Virus record (IMG/VR): IMGVR_UViG_3300008266_000011
Direction: 5' to 3' (one strand)
DNA: 64,000 nucleotides
DNA from: an uncultured virus (IMG/VR IMGVR_UViG_3300008266_000011)
Taxonomy: Duplodnaviria > Heunggongvirae > Uroviricota > Caudoviricetes
The translations under genes and the position numbers were made by a program. How positions within the stretch are numbered: position 1 is the first letter of the stretch; every line of letters starts with the position of its first letter. This document shows positions 49,120 to 58,295 of the stretch, piece by piece. The notes beneath the pieces were generated by a model. That model was not told the DNA's origin. It worked only from the letters and a program-made list of their open reading frames with translations, and did no database searches.

Positions 49120-49860
49120 CTTAATGGTGGGGGGTGTTGTTGTAATTATTATTTGTAACTCAACCACCTGACTACTAATCAGGTGGTAATTGTTCAACTC
49201 ATGCTTTGTTATCAGGTGTGACAAATAACTTGATGACAATAATGATGACGATAACAATAAATAACTTTGGCTACTGTATTTATAGCGACATGGCTTGTGC
49301 GGATACCACCAAGCCAACAGGTCACTTGGCTAGTTGTTATCACATAGTTATTAGTTATCTGATTCAGGTATCTATTGGGTTATGTAGTTACTTAATAGTT
49401 GTTACAACTATCTATCTCTATCAACTGACTATGACTAACTCAGTTGGTCTTTTCTCCTTGTAGCGACTATCTATCTCTGGCGGATTCTCTTCAGGTGATA
49501 GTTAGTTAGTAAGTAACTCTCTGGCGTGTAGTCGGACTTACTTACTTTATCCACACAGTAACTCGCTTGTTTGTGACAGCAGATGACTATTAGTTACTTA
49601 TTTAGGTATCTATGTGGCTATTACAAACTTCTTTATTTGTATTAGTTATTTATCTATTCTTCTATCTAACTTATTACATTCTTTGTATTAGTCATTACTG
49701 AAAAGAAAAACTCTTGGCGCGATTAGTTATGTGGGGGCGCACGCTCAAGGGGCTAAGTAACTTGGGTGGAACAGGTAGAAGACGAGTTGGGGGGGTGGGG
49801 GCTCTAGGCTCAAAAAGCCCTATAAACGCCTGTTATCGGGGGTGGCGAACTGAGTCGGTC
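49120..49860. other. AT-rich non-coding region between divergent modules (candidate genome end or origin)
   Basis: No credible ORF; many TAGTTA/TAACT/CTATCT words; G-runs at both edges; compositional boundary. Confidence 0.5.
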
Positions 49861-49863
49861 AGT

Positions 49864-49881
49864 TATGGCATAATTGGGGCA
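49864..49881 (+). promoter_or_regulatory. Putative promoter for the large RNA and early operon
   Basis: CATAAT at 49869-49874 then TGGGGC-A; same geometry as the leaderless promoters. Confidence 0.5.
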
Positions 49882-50525
49882 TGCCTTCGGGTGGCTCTTA
49901 GCGGAAAAGCCCCTAGCGCATTTGAACCTAGAAAATTACATAGTGACTAAGAAACCGCGATTTAGTTTCTCAATCGTAAAAACTGTTTAGACGATTCATA
50001 GAAAATGATTTTACTTTTCTTATGACGGCAGTTATTCAGTAATAGGTCATCAGACCGCGAACAATGTTCAACTGACGAAAAAGATTTACGCATTACGCGA
50101 CTAAATGATTGAAACCAATGGAACGCACGAAATGATTTCTATGCGAAGACCTTGTTATCCGCGATAACTAATTCAGTTGCTCAAACTTACCGCGCAACTA
50201 ATTACGAGCGATTAAAGATACAAGCGAGCAGAGCGCAATCCTAAATGTTTCTTTTAACGATAATGAAAATTATTGTGAATAGCGGTCTGACTTAGAAGAG
50301 AGTTACGGAAAGTTGAATAACTCAACTACTCATTACTTATGGATTGCTAACTATTAGTTAGTGCCGTCAGTAACCAATCTGAAATAAGAACAATGACAGT
50401 AGTGAGCAAGTGAGTTATACATACTTAGTAATTCCGCTATGTGTTTTAAGAACTTATGTTCTTACTGTGATTGTCATTCATACCGATTCAGCGAATGAGA
50501 TTGAATGACAATCGCGGTAGTCACA
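49881..50525 (+). ncRNA. Large, highly structured non-coding RNA (~640 nt; family unassigned)
   Basis: Seven 7-9-bp long-range complementary pairs, local hairpins, and an 18-bp stem with G-U pairs; no credible ORF. Confidence 0.75.
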
Positions 50526-50546
50526 TAACAGGAAAGAGGCAACACA

Positions 50547-50726
50547 ATGGCTACACAAAACACATACACAATCGGTGATTTATTCACCTCTACTAAATCG
50601 AGAGTTACAGGAATTATCGAAGAGATAGTTCCTATTAGTAACACAGTAGTAAAAGTCAGACTAAATGTTGAAGGCGAATCTCGCTGGACTACATGGACAC
50701 CTGATGTTGAACCTATAACTGAATAA
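50547..50726 (+). CDS. 59-aa hypothetical protein
   Basis: SD GAGG; MATQNTYTIGDLFTSTKSRVTGIIEEIVP... Confidence 0.65.
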   Translation: MATQNTYTIGDLFTSTKSRVTGIIEEIVPISNTVVKVRLNVEGESRWTTWTPDVEPITE

Positions 50727-50764
50727 CAACTACATACCGATACAAGAAAGAAAGAGGGCTCTTC

Positions 50765-50872
50765 ATGGGGCGAATTGTTATCTGCTCAATCTGTAAAAAA
50801 CAAATAGAAGTGCGTAGCACTTTCGCCTATGAAACTCTCAATCGTCACCTACAAACCCATAAGGAGAAATAA
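50765..50872 (+). CDS. 35-aa C2H2 zinc-finger micro-protein
   Basis: MGRIVICSICKKQIEVRSTFAYETLNRHLQTHKEK. Confidence 0.55.
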   Translation: MGRIVICSICKKQIEVRSTFAYETLNRHLQTHKEK

Positions 50873-50964
50873 TGAAAACCCAATGCGAAAGAGCCCCATT
50901 CGATAAAGAGAGTTGGTATTGCTTAACGCACAACACTCTTGAACCAAGAAGGGAAAGCAACTAA
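50872..50964 (+). CDS. 30-aa micro-protein
   Basis: SD AAGGAG; TAATG coupling at both ends. Confidence 0.5.
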   Translation: MKTQCERAPFDKESWYCLTHNTLEPRRESN

Positions 50965-51251
50965 TGAATCCAATGTATGAGTTCAACGATAGAGAGATTG
51001 GGCTATTGGACATGGCTCTTCAAGCAATCGCACACACAACTCAAATGGCTATCGAGCAAGGCGCAACGCCACCTGACGGATTAGTTGAAGCACTTGAATC
51101 AACTATTGAAAAACTTAATCAAGTTATCCAAAAGCGTTGTGATGATTTCAACTTGTTTGGAGAGATAGTCAAAGATTCGCTATCTGATGTAGAAGCAATT
51201 AGCGACAAGATAGTTAGCAATCCTGATTTACCGATTAACGAATACAACTAA
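50964..51251 (+). CDS. Acidic hypothetical protein
   Basis: ORF track. Confidence 0.6.
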   Translation: MNPMYEFNDREIGLLDMALQAIAHTTQMAIEQGATPPDGLVEALESTIEKLNQVIQKRCDDFNLFGEIVKDSLSDVEAISDKIVSNPDLPINEYN

Positions 51252-51298
51252 ATAACAACTAAATACCGAATACAAACTCACCTAGAGAAAGAAAATAA

Positions 51299-52657
51299 AT
51301 GACTACAACGCAATACGGCGTATTACTCGCCTCACAACCAACTGATGTATCACTTACACGACAAGTTGTTATCGCAAACATTGACAACAAACTTGTCTGC
51401 TACTCACGCCTTACCAATGGCAAGCAAGGAAAACAGAACGCATGGCAGGAAGGCAGATTCAATTACGATAGTGGCGAACCACTAATCGGTGAGCCTGTCG
51501 CAATTCCTGTATCACAGAATGATGTTGATGATTACAACGACAATGGATTCCCACGAGTTCTAATTCAGAAACTCATTCGTAAGCACTCACTATCTGACCA
51601 AACAATTACTGATGAAGCGATTACTGTCGCAGATTCAATTTGGGAAGCGTTCGATAATGACCCTTCATCACTTGCTACATACTTTGTTGATAATCGCGGT
51701 CAGCGTTCAACAAAAGGTTCTGTTGTATCTCACGATTCTGTTATTCAGATTCGTAGCGCAACAACACAAGTAGCACAATCACTTGTTGAAGAGCGTTCGC
51801 TCTATCTACCAAGTGTTACTGAGTTCTCTCACTACATCTCACGCAAGTTTGCTGGTGATGTTGATGAATTAACTATGTATCAGTTCGCACTTGCTAACAA
51901 GATGAATGTTCTTCTTTACGGAGAAGCAGGAACAGGTAAGACTTCCTCAACAATGTGGATTGCTTCTTTACTTGGACTTCCATACTTTGCGATTCCTTCT
52001 AACTCAGCACTTGATTACACACAGATTGTTGGCGGTTATGTTCCAAACGCTAATGGTTCTTTATCTTGGGTTGATGGCGCAGTTACTCGCTTAGTTCGTA
52101 ATGGCGGTGTTCTTCTTATCGGTGAAGTAAATACACTCGCTAAGAATGTTCAACAGTTCTTAATGCCATTACTTGATTACCGCCGTTCAATTACTGTCAT
52201 GGAGAATGGCAACGAAGTTATCAAGGCGCATGACAACTTGTTAATTATCGCTGACATGAATCCAAATTATCGTGGCACACAACTTCTTAACGAAGCATGG
52301 AAAGACCGCTTTGAGATTAAGTTGAACTTTGGTTATGACCGCGACATTGAGAAGAAGATTCTTAAATCTGAATCTCTATTGGAACTTGCTTATGGCATGA
52401 GGTCGCGTTCTCGTGGTGCTGATTCACATTACTCAGGTGATAGCAACACTATCTTTGATACTCCTGTATCAACTCGTATTCTCAAAACCTTTGAGAAGTT
52501 AGCAACTGAATTGTCATTCGAGTTTGCTTGTGAAGTATTCGCAAACAACTTTGATGAGAATGAGCGACCAGCAGTTAAGTTGTTGCTGGAAGCAAACACT
52601 TACAACCTTCAAGCAGATTTAGGTTTGCTTGAATCTGTTACCAATACTTCTGTTTAG
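51299..52657 (+). CDS. MoxR/CbbQ-NorQ-type AAA+ ATPase
   Basis: GEAGTGKT, W.DG, LLIGEVN (Walker B variant), MNP.YRGT..LN.A..DRF. Confidence 0.9.
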   Translation: MTTTQYGVLLASQPTDVSLTRQVVIANIDNKLVCYSRLTNGKQGKQNAWQEGRFNYDSGEPLIGEPVAIPVSQNDVDDYNDNGFPRVLIQKLIRKHSLSDQTITDEAITVADSIWEAFDNDPSSLATYFVDNRGQRSTKGSVVSHDSVIQIRSATTQVAQSLVEERSLYLPSVTEFSHYISRKFAGDVDELTMYQFALANKMNVLLYGEAGTGKTSSTMWIASLLGLPYFAIPSNSALDYTQIVGGYVPNANGSLSWVDGAVTRLVRNGGVLLIGEVNTLAKNVQQFLMPLLDYRRSITVMENGNEVIKAHDNLLIIADMNPNYRGTQLLNEAWKDRFEIKLNFGYDRDIEKKILKSESLLELAYGMRSRSRGADSHYSGDSNTIFDTPVSTRILKTFEKLATELSFEFACEVFANNFDENERPAVKLLLEANTYNLQADLGLLESVTNTSV

Positions 52658-52667
52658 AAAGGTAATC

Positions 52668-54617
52668 ATGTCACTACCCGAACTTACCGAGTTCGCTAAG
52701 TTAGCGAATGATTTATTGGTAGAAGAAGAGGAACGCAATCGCGCACGCATTGAGCGATTGACTCGTTACTTCTCTCGCGTTAATTCCGCACTTACATTCC
52801 GCGAAATTAAAGTGTCAGTTGAATCTTCTTTGATTGAAGCACCTGCTTGGTCGGGTGCTTCTGACATAACACTTAACTCACGACTCATTAACGACTTTAA
52901 CAATGGCGTTAGTGTTGCGAATCTTCGTGGTCTTAACTTCCACGAGTTATCGCACATTCTCTATACCCCACGACATGGTTCAGAGATTGTTACTTGGGTC
53001 AATGAGAAGGGTTATCGTAGAGCGTTTAATGCGTTAGAAGACCAGCGCATTGAAACTCTATTCACCGCACGCTTTCCTTCTACAACAGATTGGTTTGTTG
53101 TAACGATTCTGACTTACTTTGTTAATGACGAAAAACAATTCCAAACTTCTTATCCGTTGCTTCGTGGTCGTAAGTATCTGCCACTAGCAATTCGTGAGAA
53201 GTCGCGTGAGTTGTTTCCGTTCCAAGATAAGTTAGATGAGATTTGTGAAATCGTTGATGAATACAGAACTCTTATCTATCCAATGGATACAGAGATTGGA
53301 AAAGTTCTTGTTGAGCGATTCCATAATCTAATTGACTCACTTCCTCAGCATGGTGACGGAGAAGGTAAGAGTGGTAATGGTGAATCCAAAGAAGGAGAAT
53401 CCAATACTGTTGATTACAACGACCTTGCTGATTGGGAAAAAGAACTGTTAAAAGAAGCGACACCTGCTAATCCAAATAGCGGTAAGCCGACTACAACAAT
53501 TCTTAATTGCCCATTCGGTCACGAAACACGACCAACAGAAGGCATTGAGCCAACGATTCTGTCACGACCACAGACCGCTAAGAATCAGAAGCGTGATAGC
53601 GAACGCGCCAAGCAATTAGATAAGACGATTGCTGATGAAGCAAAACCACAATCACAATCACAATCTAATTCGCAACCACAACCACAAACAGACTCACCTT
53701 CACAAGAAGGTGGTAACTCTGCTGGCAATACAGGCTCTCTTATCGAGATACTAAAGACCGCGATAACTGATGTTATGGATAAAGAAAGTGTTGCTAAAGA
53801 AGTCACCGAGATTATTCGTGTGATGAAGGGGCTTCCTTCTTTATCTAGTAACAATCTTGAAGAGCCTGAACTTGCTCACTACACAAAACAAAATCCTGAC
53901 AGTAAAACACTTTCTTCTTCTCTCTCTTTCGCTCGTGAGTTAGAGAGATTGAAAGCAAAGTTTGACCCTGCTTGGGATAAGTATGAATCGCGTGGCAAAT
54001 TAAATGCTTCACGATTCATTCGTGGTGATGATTTAGATACTGTATTTGATACATGGAATGAAGGTAGAGAAGACGCTACTGAAATTGAGTGCGTAATCAT
54101 TCTCGACAATTCAGGTTCAATGTCAGGTCGCAAATCAACTCAGGCTTATCGTGCTATGTATGCCATTAAGTATGCGCTCGATAAAATTGGTGCTAACTGT
54201 TCTGTTATCACTTTCAATCATGAAACCAATGTTCTTTATCGGGCAACTGATAGAGCAAACAATGTCATTCGTGATAGTGGCGCAACAGGTGGCACTAATG
54301 CTGAATACGCAGTTCGTTACGCAACTAAGTTGCTCGCTGAATCAGATAAACCTGTCAAACTGTTCTACGCCATTACTGACGGCGAATGGTCTGATAGTGA
54401 AGTGTGTGATGAAGAGATAAAGAAGTTATCTCGTGCTGGTGTTCTCACCGCGTTCGCATACATACCTGATAGTCACGAAGAAATGATTGGATTAACTCAT
54501 GAGAAAGCGCATTACTCAGATGTTGCTTCTGTGATTAACAATCCATTCGATTTAGTTGGTATGGCTCGCACAATCGTTCGCAACGCGATTGCTCGCAGAG
54601 TTACTTCCAACTCATAG
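52668..54617 (+). CDS. vWA/MIDAS protein with N-terminal HExxH domain (CobT/NorD-like partner)
   Basis: FHELSH, NALED.RIE, DNSGSM, GGT, ITDG; start refined to ATG 52668. Confidence 0.85.
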   Translation: MSLPELTEFAKLANDLLVEEEERNRARIERLTRYFSRVNSALTFREIKVSVESSLIEAPAWSGASDITLNSRLINDFNNGVSVANLRGLNFHELSHILYTPRHGSEIVTWVNEKGYRRAFNALEDQRIETLFTARFPSTTDWFVVTILTYFVNDEKQFQTSYPLLRGRKYLPLAIREKSRELFPFQDKLDEICEIVDEYRTLIYPMDTEIGKVLVERFHNLIDSLPQHGDGEGKSGNGESKEGESNTVDYNDLADWEKELLKEATPANPNSGKPTTTILNCPFGHETRPTEGIEPTILSRPQTAKNQKRDSERAKQLDKTIADEAKPQSQSQSNSQPQPQTDSPSQEGGNSAGNTGSLIEILKTAITDVMDKESVAKEVTEIIRVMKGLPSLSSNNLEEPELAHYTKQNPDSKTLSSSLSFARELERLKAKFDPAWDKYESRGKLNASRFIRGDDLDTVFDTWNEGREDATEIECVIILDNSGSMSGRKSTQAYRAMYAIKYALDKIGANCSVITFNHETNVLYRATDRANNVIRDSGATGGTNAEYAVRYATKLLAESDKPVKLFYAITDGEWSDSEVCDEEIKKLSRAGVLTAFAYIPDSHEEMIGLTHEKAHYSDVASVINNPFDLVGMARTIVRNAIARRVTSNS

Positions 54618-54618
54618 A

Positions 54619-54676
54619 TGTCACTCTCTAGGTGACAAGTGTGGGGCGTGTAGTTACGAGATTCGCACGCCCCACA
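54619..54676 (+). other. Intergenic tandem hairpins
   Basis: TGTCAC/GTGACA and TGTGGGGCGTG/CACGCCCCACA. Confidence 0.55.
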
Positions 54677-54725
54677 TTCCAATTACAAATAATCCAAATA
54701 CAAATACAAACAATTAGGAGAAATC

Positions 54726-55337
54726 ATGAAGTTCAATGAATTACAAGTTGGTGTTGAATACGCAGTTATTCCGTCATGGCAGTATTCATCACGCGATAAG
54801 AAAGACCCACAACGAGTTCATAAGGCAGATGTTGAGAAAGCAACTCTCGTCAATCTAACTAAATACGAATACAAGGTGTATCGCTCTGACATTCAGAATC
54901 ACCCTGAGTTCGTTAAAGCACCACAGGGCTCTCGCTCTGTTGGTTATCTAGTGACCGCTAAGAACGGCACACAAGATGTCTATTGGCTCGCACGCCCACA
55001 AGACATTGTTGAGTGTTGGTCTGTTCTTGAACCGCGTTGGGCAGAAGAGGAACGCAAACAAAATGAAGAGCGTGAGCAAGCAAAGAGAGAACAAGAGCAA
55101 CGCGACCTAGAACGCAAGATGATTCAAGAGCAACGCGCTAGATTAGAGAAGTCAGTTCTTGATTCGTTTCAATCCATTCTTGGTGGTCGCGGTAACTCAA
55201 ACAATCTAAAGTTTGATACACGCTCTATTCGTGACCAACAAGGTAATTACAAAGAAATAAACATTGTTCAACTCGACATTGAGTTGGCGCAAATCCTTAT
55301 CGAGAAAGTATTAGAAGCAAGAGAGGTAATGGGCTAA
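54726..55337 (+). CDS. Hypothetical protein
   Basis: SD AGGAG; ORF track. Confidence 0.65.
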   Translation: MKFNELQVGVEYAVIPSWQYSSRDKKDPQRVHKADVEKATLVNLTKYEYKVYRSDIQNHPEFVKAPQGSRSVGYLVTAKNGTQDVYWLARPQDIVECWSVLEPRWAEEERKQNEEREQAKREQEQRDLERKMIQEQRARLEKSVLDSFQSILGGRGNSNNLKFDTRSIRDQQGNYKEINIVQLDIELAQILIEKVLEAREVMG

Positions 55338-55960
55338 TGACAACTGAACTACAAGTTGAAGAAACTCAATCTTCTGTTAATACAAATGTTCCTAATGAAT
55401 CTTTTTATTTAGACAGATTCAAGAGGTGCGTTGAAGACAGAAACTATGTCAATGGTCGTGTGATTGACGAAGACTATAACTGTGAAATCTACAAAGGTTT
55501 CGCAATAGTTACTTGGAAGCAGGAATGGCAACAACCAAATAACAAAACTCGAATCTCATTCAATAGTTATGTGTGGGAAGTTGGCGGTGTCTTTGATGAA
55601 CTGATACATCTCGCTTGGCTTGGTCAGGGTGTTATTAGCACAGGTCACAACTCAACTACCTATGAACAAGCAATTAAGAAGATGAGAAAGAGAGTTGATT
55701 TACTATCTGAGGTCTATGCTCACAAGGCAGAACTTCGAGCCCTCTCTATTTCTTACAGAGGTCGTATTGCTAACGCAAACCCTCTATACAACGCACTAAT
55801 CGGTGATGTAGTTGCTATTCGTGCGTTTGGTAGAACAAGACTTGGAAAGATTGTGAAGTTAGTTGGTAGTCGGTTTGTTGTTGCTTACATGACTCCAAGT
55901 AACGCCCAAGATGTTCATTACAAAACACTTCCCCTATCTCAAATCTATCCAAAGGATTAA
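55337..55960 (+). CDS. Hypothetical protein
   Basis: TAATG coupling. Confidence 0.65.
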   Translation: MTTELQVEETQSSVNTNVPNESFYLDRFKRCVEDRNYVNGRVIDEDYNCEIYKGFAIVTWKQEWQQPNNKTRISFNSYVWEVGGVFDELIHLAWLGQGVISTGHNSTTYEQAIKKMRKRVDLLSEVYAHKAELRALSISYRGRIANANPLYNALIGDVVAIRAFGRTRLGKIVKLVGSRFVVAYMTPSNAQDVHYKTLPLSQIYPKD

Positions 55961-55963
55961 ATC

Positions 55964-56143
55964 ATGGCTACCAAATTAACTCGTAGAGGTTGGATTGTTC
56001 TCGTAATAATTCCAGCAATTCTTTTAACAATACTTATGTCATGGGCTACTCGTGATGTTTGTTATGTAGGCGATAAACCTTACGCAAACGCTTTCGGTTA
56101 TGGCTCATGCCAAAAGTTAATAGATGAGGCGGTGAATAAATGA
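55964..56143 (+). CDS. Small membrane protein
   Basis: MATKLTRRGWIVLVIIPAILLTILMSW... Confidence 0.6.
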   Translation: MATKLTRRGWIVLVIIPAILLTILMSWATRDVCYVGDKPYANAFGYGSCQKLIDEAVNK

Positions 56144-56280
56144 AAAAGTTAGTAATTCAGTTTGAGTTGCGTAATCATGACCTAGAAGAGTTTGAGGGCT
56201 CTTTAGAAGGTTGGATTGCCGATTTCATGGATTCAGAACTTGCTGATGATTTAACTTACACAATCTTGGAAAGGAAATAA
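56140..56280 (+). CDS. Acidic 46-aa protein
   Basis: MKKLVIQFELRNHDLEEFEGSLEGWIADFMDSELADDLTYTILERK. Confidence 0.5.
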   Translation: MKKLVIQFELRNHDLEEFEGSLEGWIADFMDSELADDLTYTILERK

Positions 56281-56282
56281 TC

Positions 56283-56444
56283 ATGGGTTATGTAGAAGCA
56301 ATCAGAGTGACACCTGACCAATTAACTAACTGTGATTCATGCCAGCAAGACGGACTAACAACTTCGGGTAAGTATGTAAGTGATTCATACGGCGTTCCTG
56401 TGTTGTGGTTCTGTTTTAATTGCGTGAATAAAGTTCTCAACTAG
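56283..56444 (+). CDS. Zinc-ribbon micro-protein
   Basis: CDSC...WFCFNC; SD AAGGA. Confidence 0.55.
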   Translation: MGYVEAIRVTPDQLTNCDSCQQDGLTTSGKYVSDSYGVPVLWFCFNCVNKVLN

Positions 56445-56452
56445 GAGAAATA

Positions 56453-57004
56453 ATGAAAACAAAAGTTTGTAGTCATTGTAAAACTAAAAAACCATTGACT
56501 TCATTCAATAAGAAGCGTTCAACTCGTGGCGTTGTCGGTAATACACAACCCTATTGCCGACCATGCCAAAGCGAGCGACAGAGGGCTTACTATCGAAAGA
56601 ATACAAACGCTCAATTACAAAGAATGTATCGGAATAGAAGAAGGCGTAAGAAAGAGATTCATGCTTTCTTAGCGACTTACTTTGCTAAACATACTTGCGT
56701 TGATTGCGCCAAAAAGAAACTTCGCATTAAGAAGTTACTTAAAGGCAAAGTTCCTAATTCCACAATTAACCAAATAGTTAAGATTACTGATTCCGACATT
56801 CGTAGTCTGACCTTTGACCACCTACACACTAGGGGCGATAAGGAATACACAATCGCTGACATGATTCGTGACATTCAACCATTACACAAGATTAAAAAGG
56901 AAATACAAAAGTGTGTAGTGCGTTGTCATAACTGTCACGACATTATTACTGTGAAGCGTGCCAAGAGTTGGAGATACCACGCACACAAACAATTAACTAA
57001 ATAA
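56453..57004 (+). CDS. HNH endonuclease-like protein with N-terminal zinc finger
   Basis: CSHC..KP...F...YCRPC; CVDC...FDH...KC.VRCHNCH. Confidence 0.8.
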   Translation: MKTKVCSHCKTKKPLTSFNKKRSTRGVVGNTQPYCRPCQSERQRAYYRKNTNAQLQRMYRNRRRRKKEIHAFLATYFAKHTCVDCAKKKLRIKKLLKGKVPNSTINQIVKITDSDIRSLTFDHLHTRGDKEYTIADMIRDIQPLHKIKKEIQKCVVRCHNCHDIITVKRAKSWRYHAHKQLTK

Positions 57005-57012
57005 ACAAATGT

Positions 57013-57159
57013 ATCTAGTGGGGGTCAAAGTTAATGACCTTTGTAGGTTTCTTCATTCCCTACAAACTATTCAAGACCAAAGAGCAACCATGACCCTATG
57101 AGGGGCTTCATGAACTCCTTTCGACCTTGTTAGGCGAGTTGTATCTGCCCCCACTAGAT
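57013..57159 (+). ncRNA. Putative multibranch structured RNA element
   Basis: 12-bp closing stem enclosing three hairpins. Confidence 0.5.
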
Positions 57160-57184
57160 TCCTAAAACAAAGAAAGGAAAATAA

Positions 57185-57796
57185 ATGCCTAATTGGTGCT
57201 ATAACAATCTTTACATTACTTCCGAAGATAACAAACAATTAGAAAAAGTTATTCAAGGTATTACAAACAATTCAGAACAATTATTCGACTTCAATCGAAT
57301 TATTGAAATGCCCGAAGAACTCCAAAATACAAAATCACCCAACAATGTTAATCCTGATGAAATGAAAGCAAAGTATGGATTTTCTGATTGGTATGATTGG
57401 AGAAGTCGTAATTGGGGAACTAAGTGGAACGCAAAAGATGTTGAATTAAATCTTGATACGCCACAACAGATTCACATTCGATTCAGCACCGCATGGTCAC
57501 CGCCTATGCCTGTCATTACAAAGATTGCCGAGATGTTTCCATTCACTTACATAACTTTGGATTGGGAAGAAGAGAGTGGCTTCTACGGCAAAACAGAGTA
57601 TGAGAAAGGCATAAGAGTTTCTGACATTGAAGGCGAAATAGATTGTGTCTATCGTTGGGAAAATTGGGGCGATTGTATTCCTGATTGTGAAGATTGTGGC
57701 GAGTGCGATTGTGAAGTTTGTAATTGCTCTAACCGCACCCAACAAACACTTTGTAATGATTGTAATGAAGGAAAACATGGAGAGGAAAAAGAATGA
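57185..57796 (+). CDS. DUF1281/YubB-like ferredoxin-fold protein
   Basis: MPNWC.N, FDFN.II.MP, WYDWR..NWGTKW, F.TAWSPP. Confidence 0.8.
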   Translation: MPNWCYNNLYITSEDNKQLEKVIQGITNNSEQLFDFNRIIEMPEELQNTKSPNNVNPDEMKAKYGFSDWYDWRSRNWGTKWNAKDVELNLDTPQQIHIRFSTAWSPPMPVITKIAEMFPFTYITLDWEEESGFYGKTEYEKGIRVSDIEGEIDCVYRWENWGDCIPDCEDCGECDCEVCNCSNRTQQTLCNDCNEGKHGEEKE

Positions 57797-58122
57797 CTTA
57801 CATTAAACGATTGCCCTCAGCACAACCCAAGAGAGCGACTAAGAATCCTGTATTCAATCTCAAAGTGCCAACACCGCGTGACATGGATAAAACTCCATGC
57901 CAAAAGAATGACCCTGAGATTTGGTTTCCTAGTGGAGAGAATCTTCCCGAAGATACTAAAAAGATTAAGTTGGCAAAATCATTATGCGCTCAATGCCACG
58001 AATCAACTAAGTGTCTTTCTTTCGCAGTAACGAATCGTGTTCGTTATGGGATTTGGGGTGGCACTACTGAAATTGAGCGACAAAGTTTAATTCGCAAAGC
58101 AGAAAGGAGTAAGGACAAATGA
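57793..58122 (+). CDS. whiB: WhiB-family transcription regulator
   Basis: C...DPEIWFP...AK.LC..C.....CL...YGIWGGTTE.ER. Confidence 0.92.
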   Translation: MTYIKRLPSAQPKRATKNPVFNLKVPTPRDMDKTPCQKNDPEIWFPSGENLPEDTKKIKLAKSLCAQCHESTKCLSFAVTNRVRYGIWGGTTEIERQSLIRKAERSKDK

Positions 58123-58295
58123 CACCTACCTATTGGGTAACAACCGATACAACAACCTTCTATTCACTAAAGATAGAAGCCGATTCTGAAACTCATGCCG
58201 AAGAGATTGCGGAAATGACTCCGCTTGAAAATTGGCATGAAGACAACACCGAAGGTTCGCACTTCTACGAAGTAGAGGAAATAAATAATGGTTAA
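58119..58295 (+). CDS. Acidic 58-aa protein
   Basis: MTPTYWVTTDTTTFYSLKIEADSETHAEEIAE... Confidence 0.55.
   Translation: MTPTYWVTTDTTTFYSLKIEADSETHAEEIAEMTPLENWHEDNTEGSHFYEVEEINNG

Noticed and set aside
49117..49950. ORFs 49117-49317, 49206-49463, 49714-49950 and the MPSGGS micro-ORF at 49881
   Set aside because: Low-complexity translations without RBS or motifs; the region is better explained as non-coding
49881..50525. Group I/II intron, tmRNA, RNase P or tRNA identity for the large RNA
   Set aside because: No interrupted gene and none of their hallmark motifs recognised by eye; a covariance-model search is still needed
51299..54617. cobS/cobT cobalamin biosynthesis genes
   Set aside because: Generic MoxR-vWA pair; no cobN or other cob genes in the window
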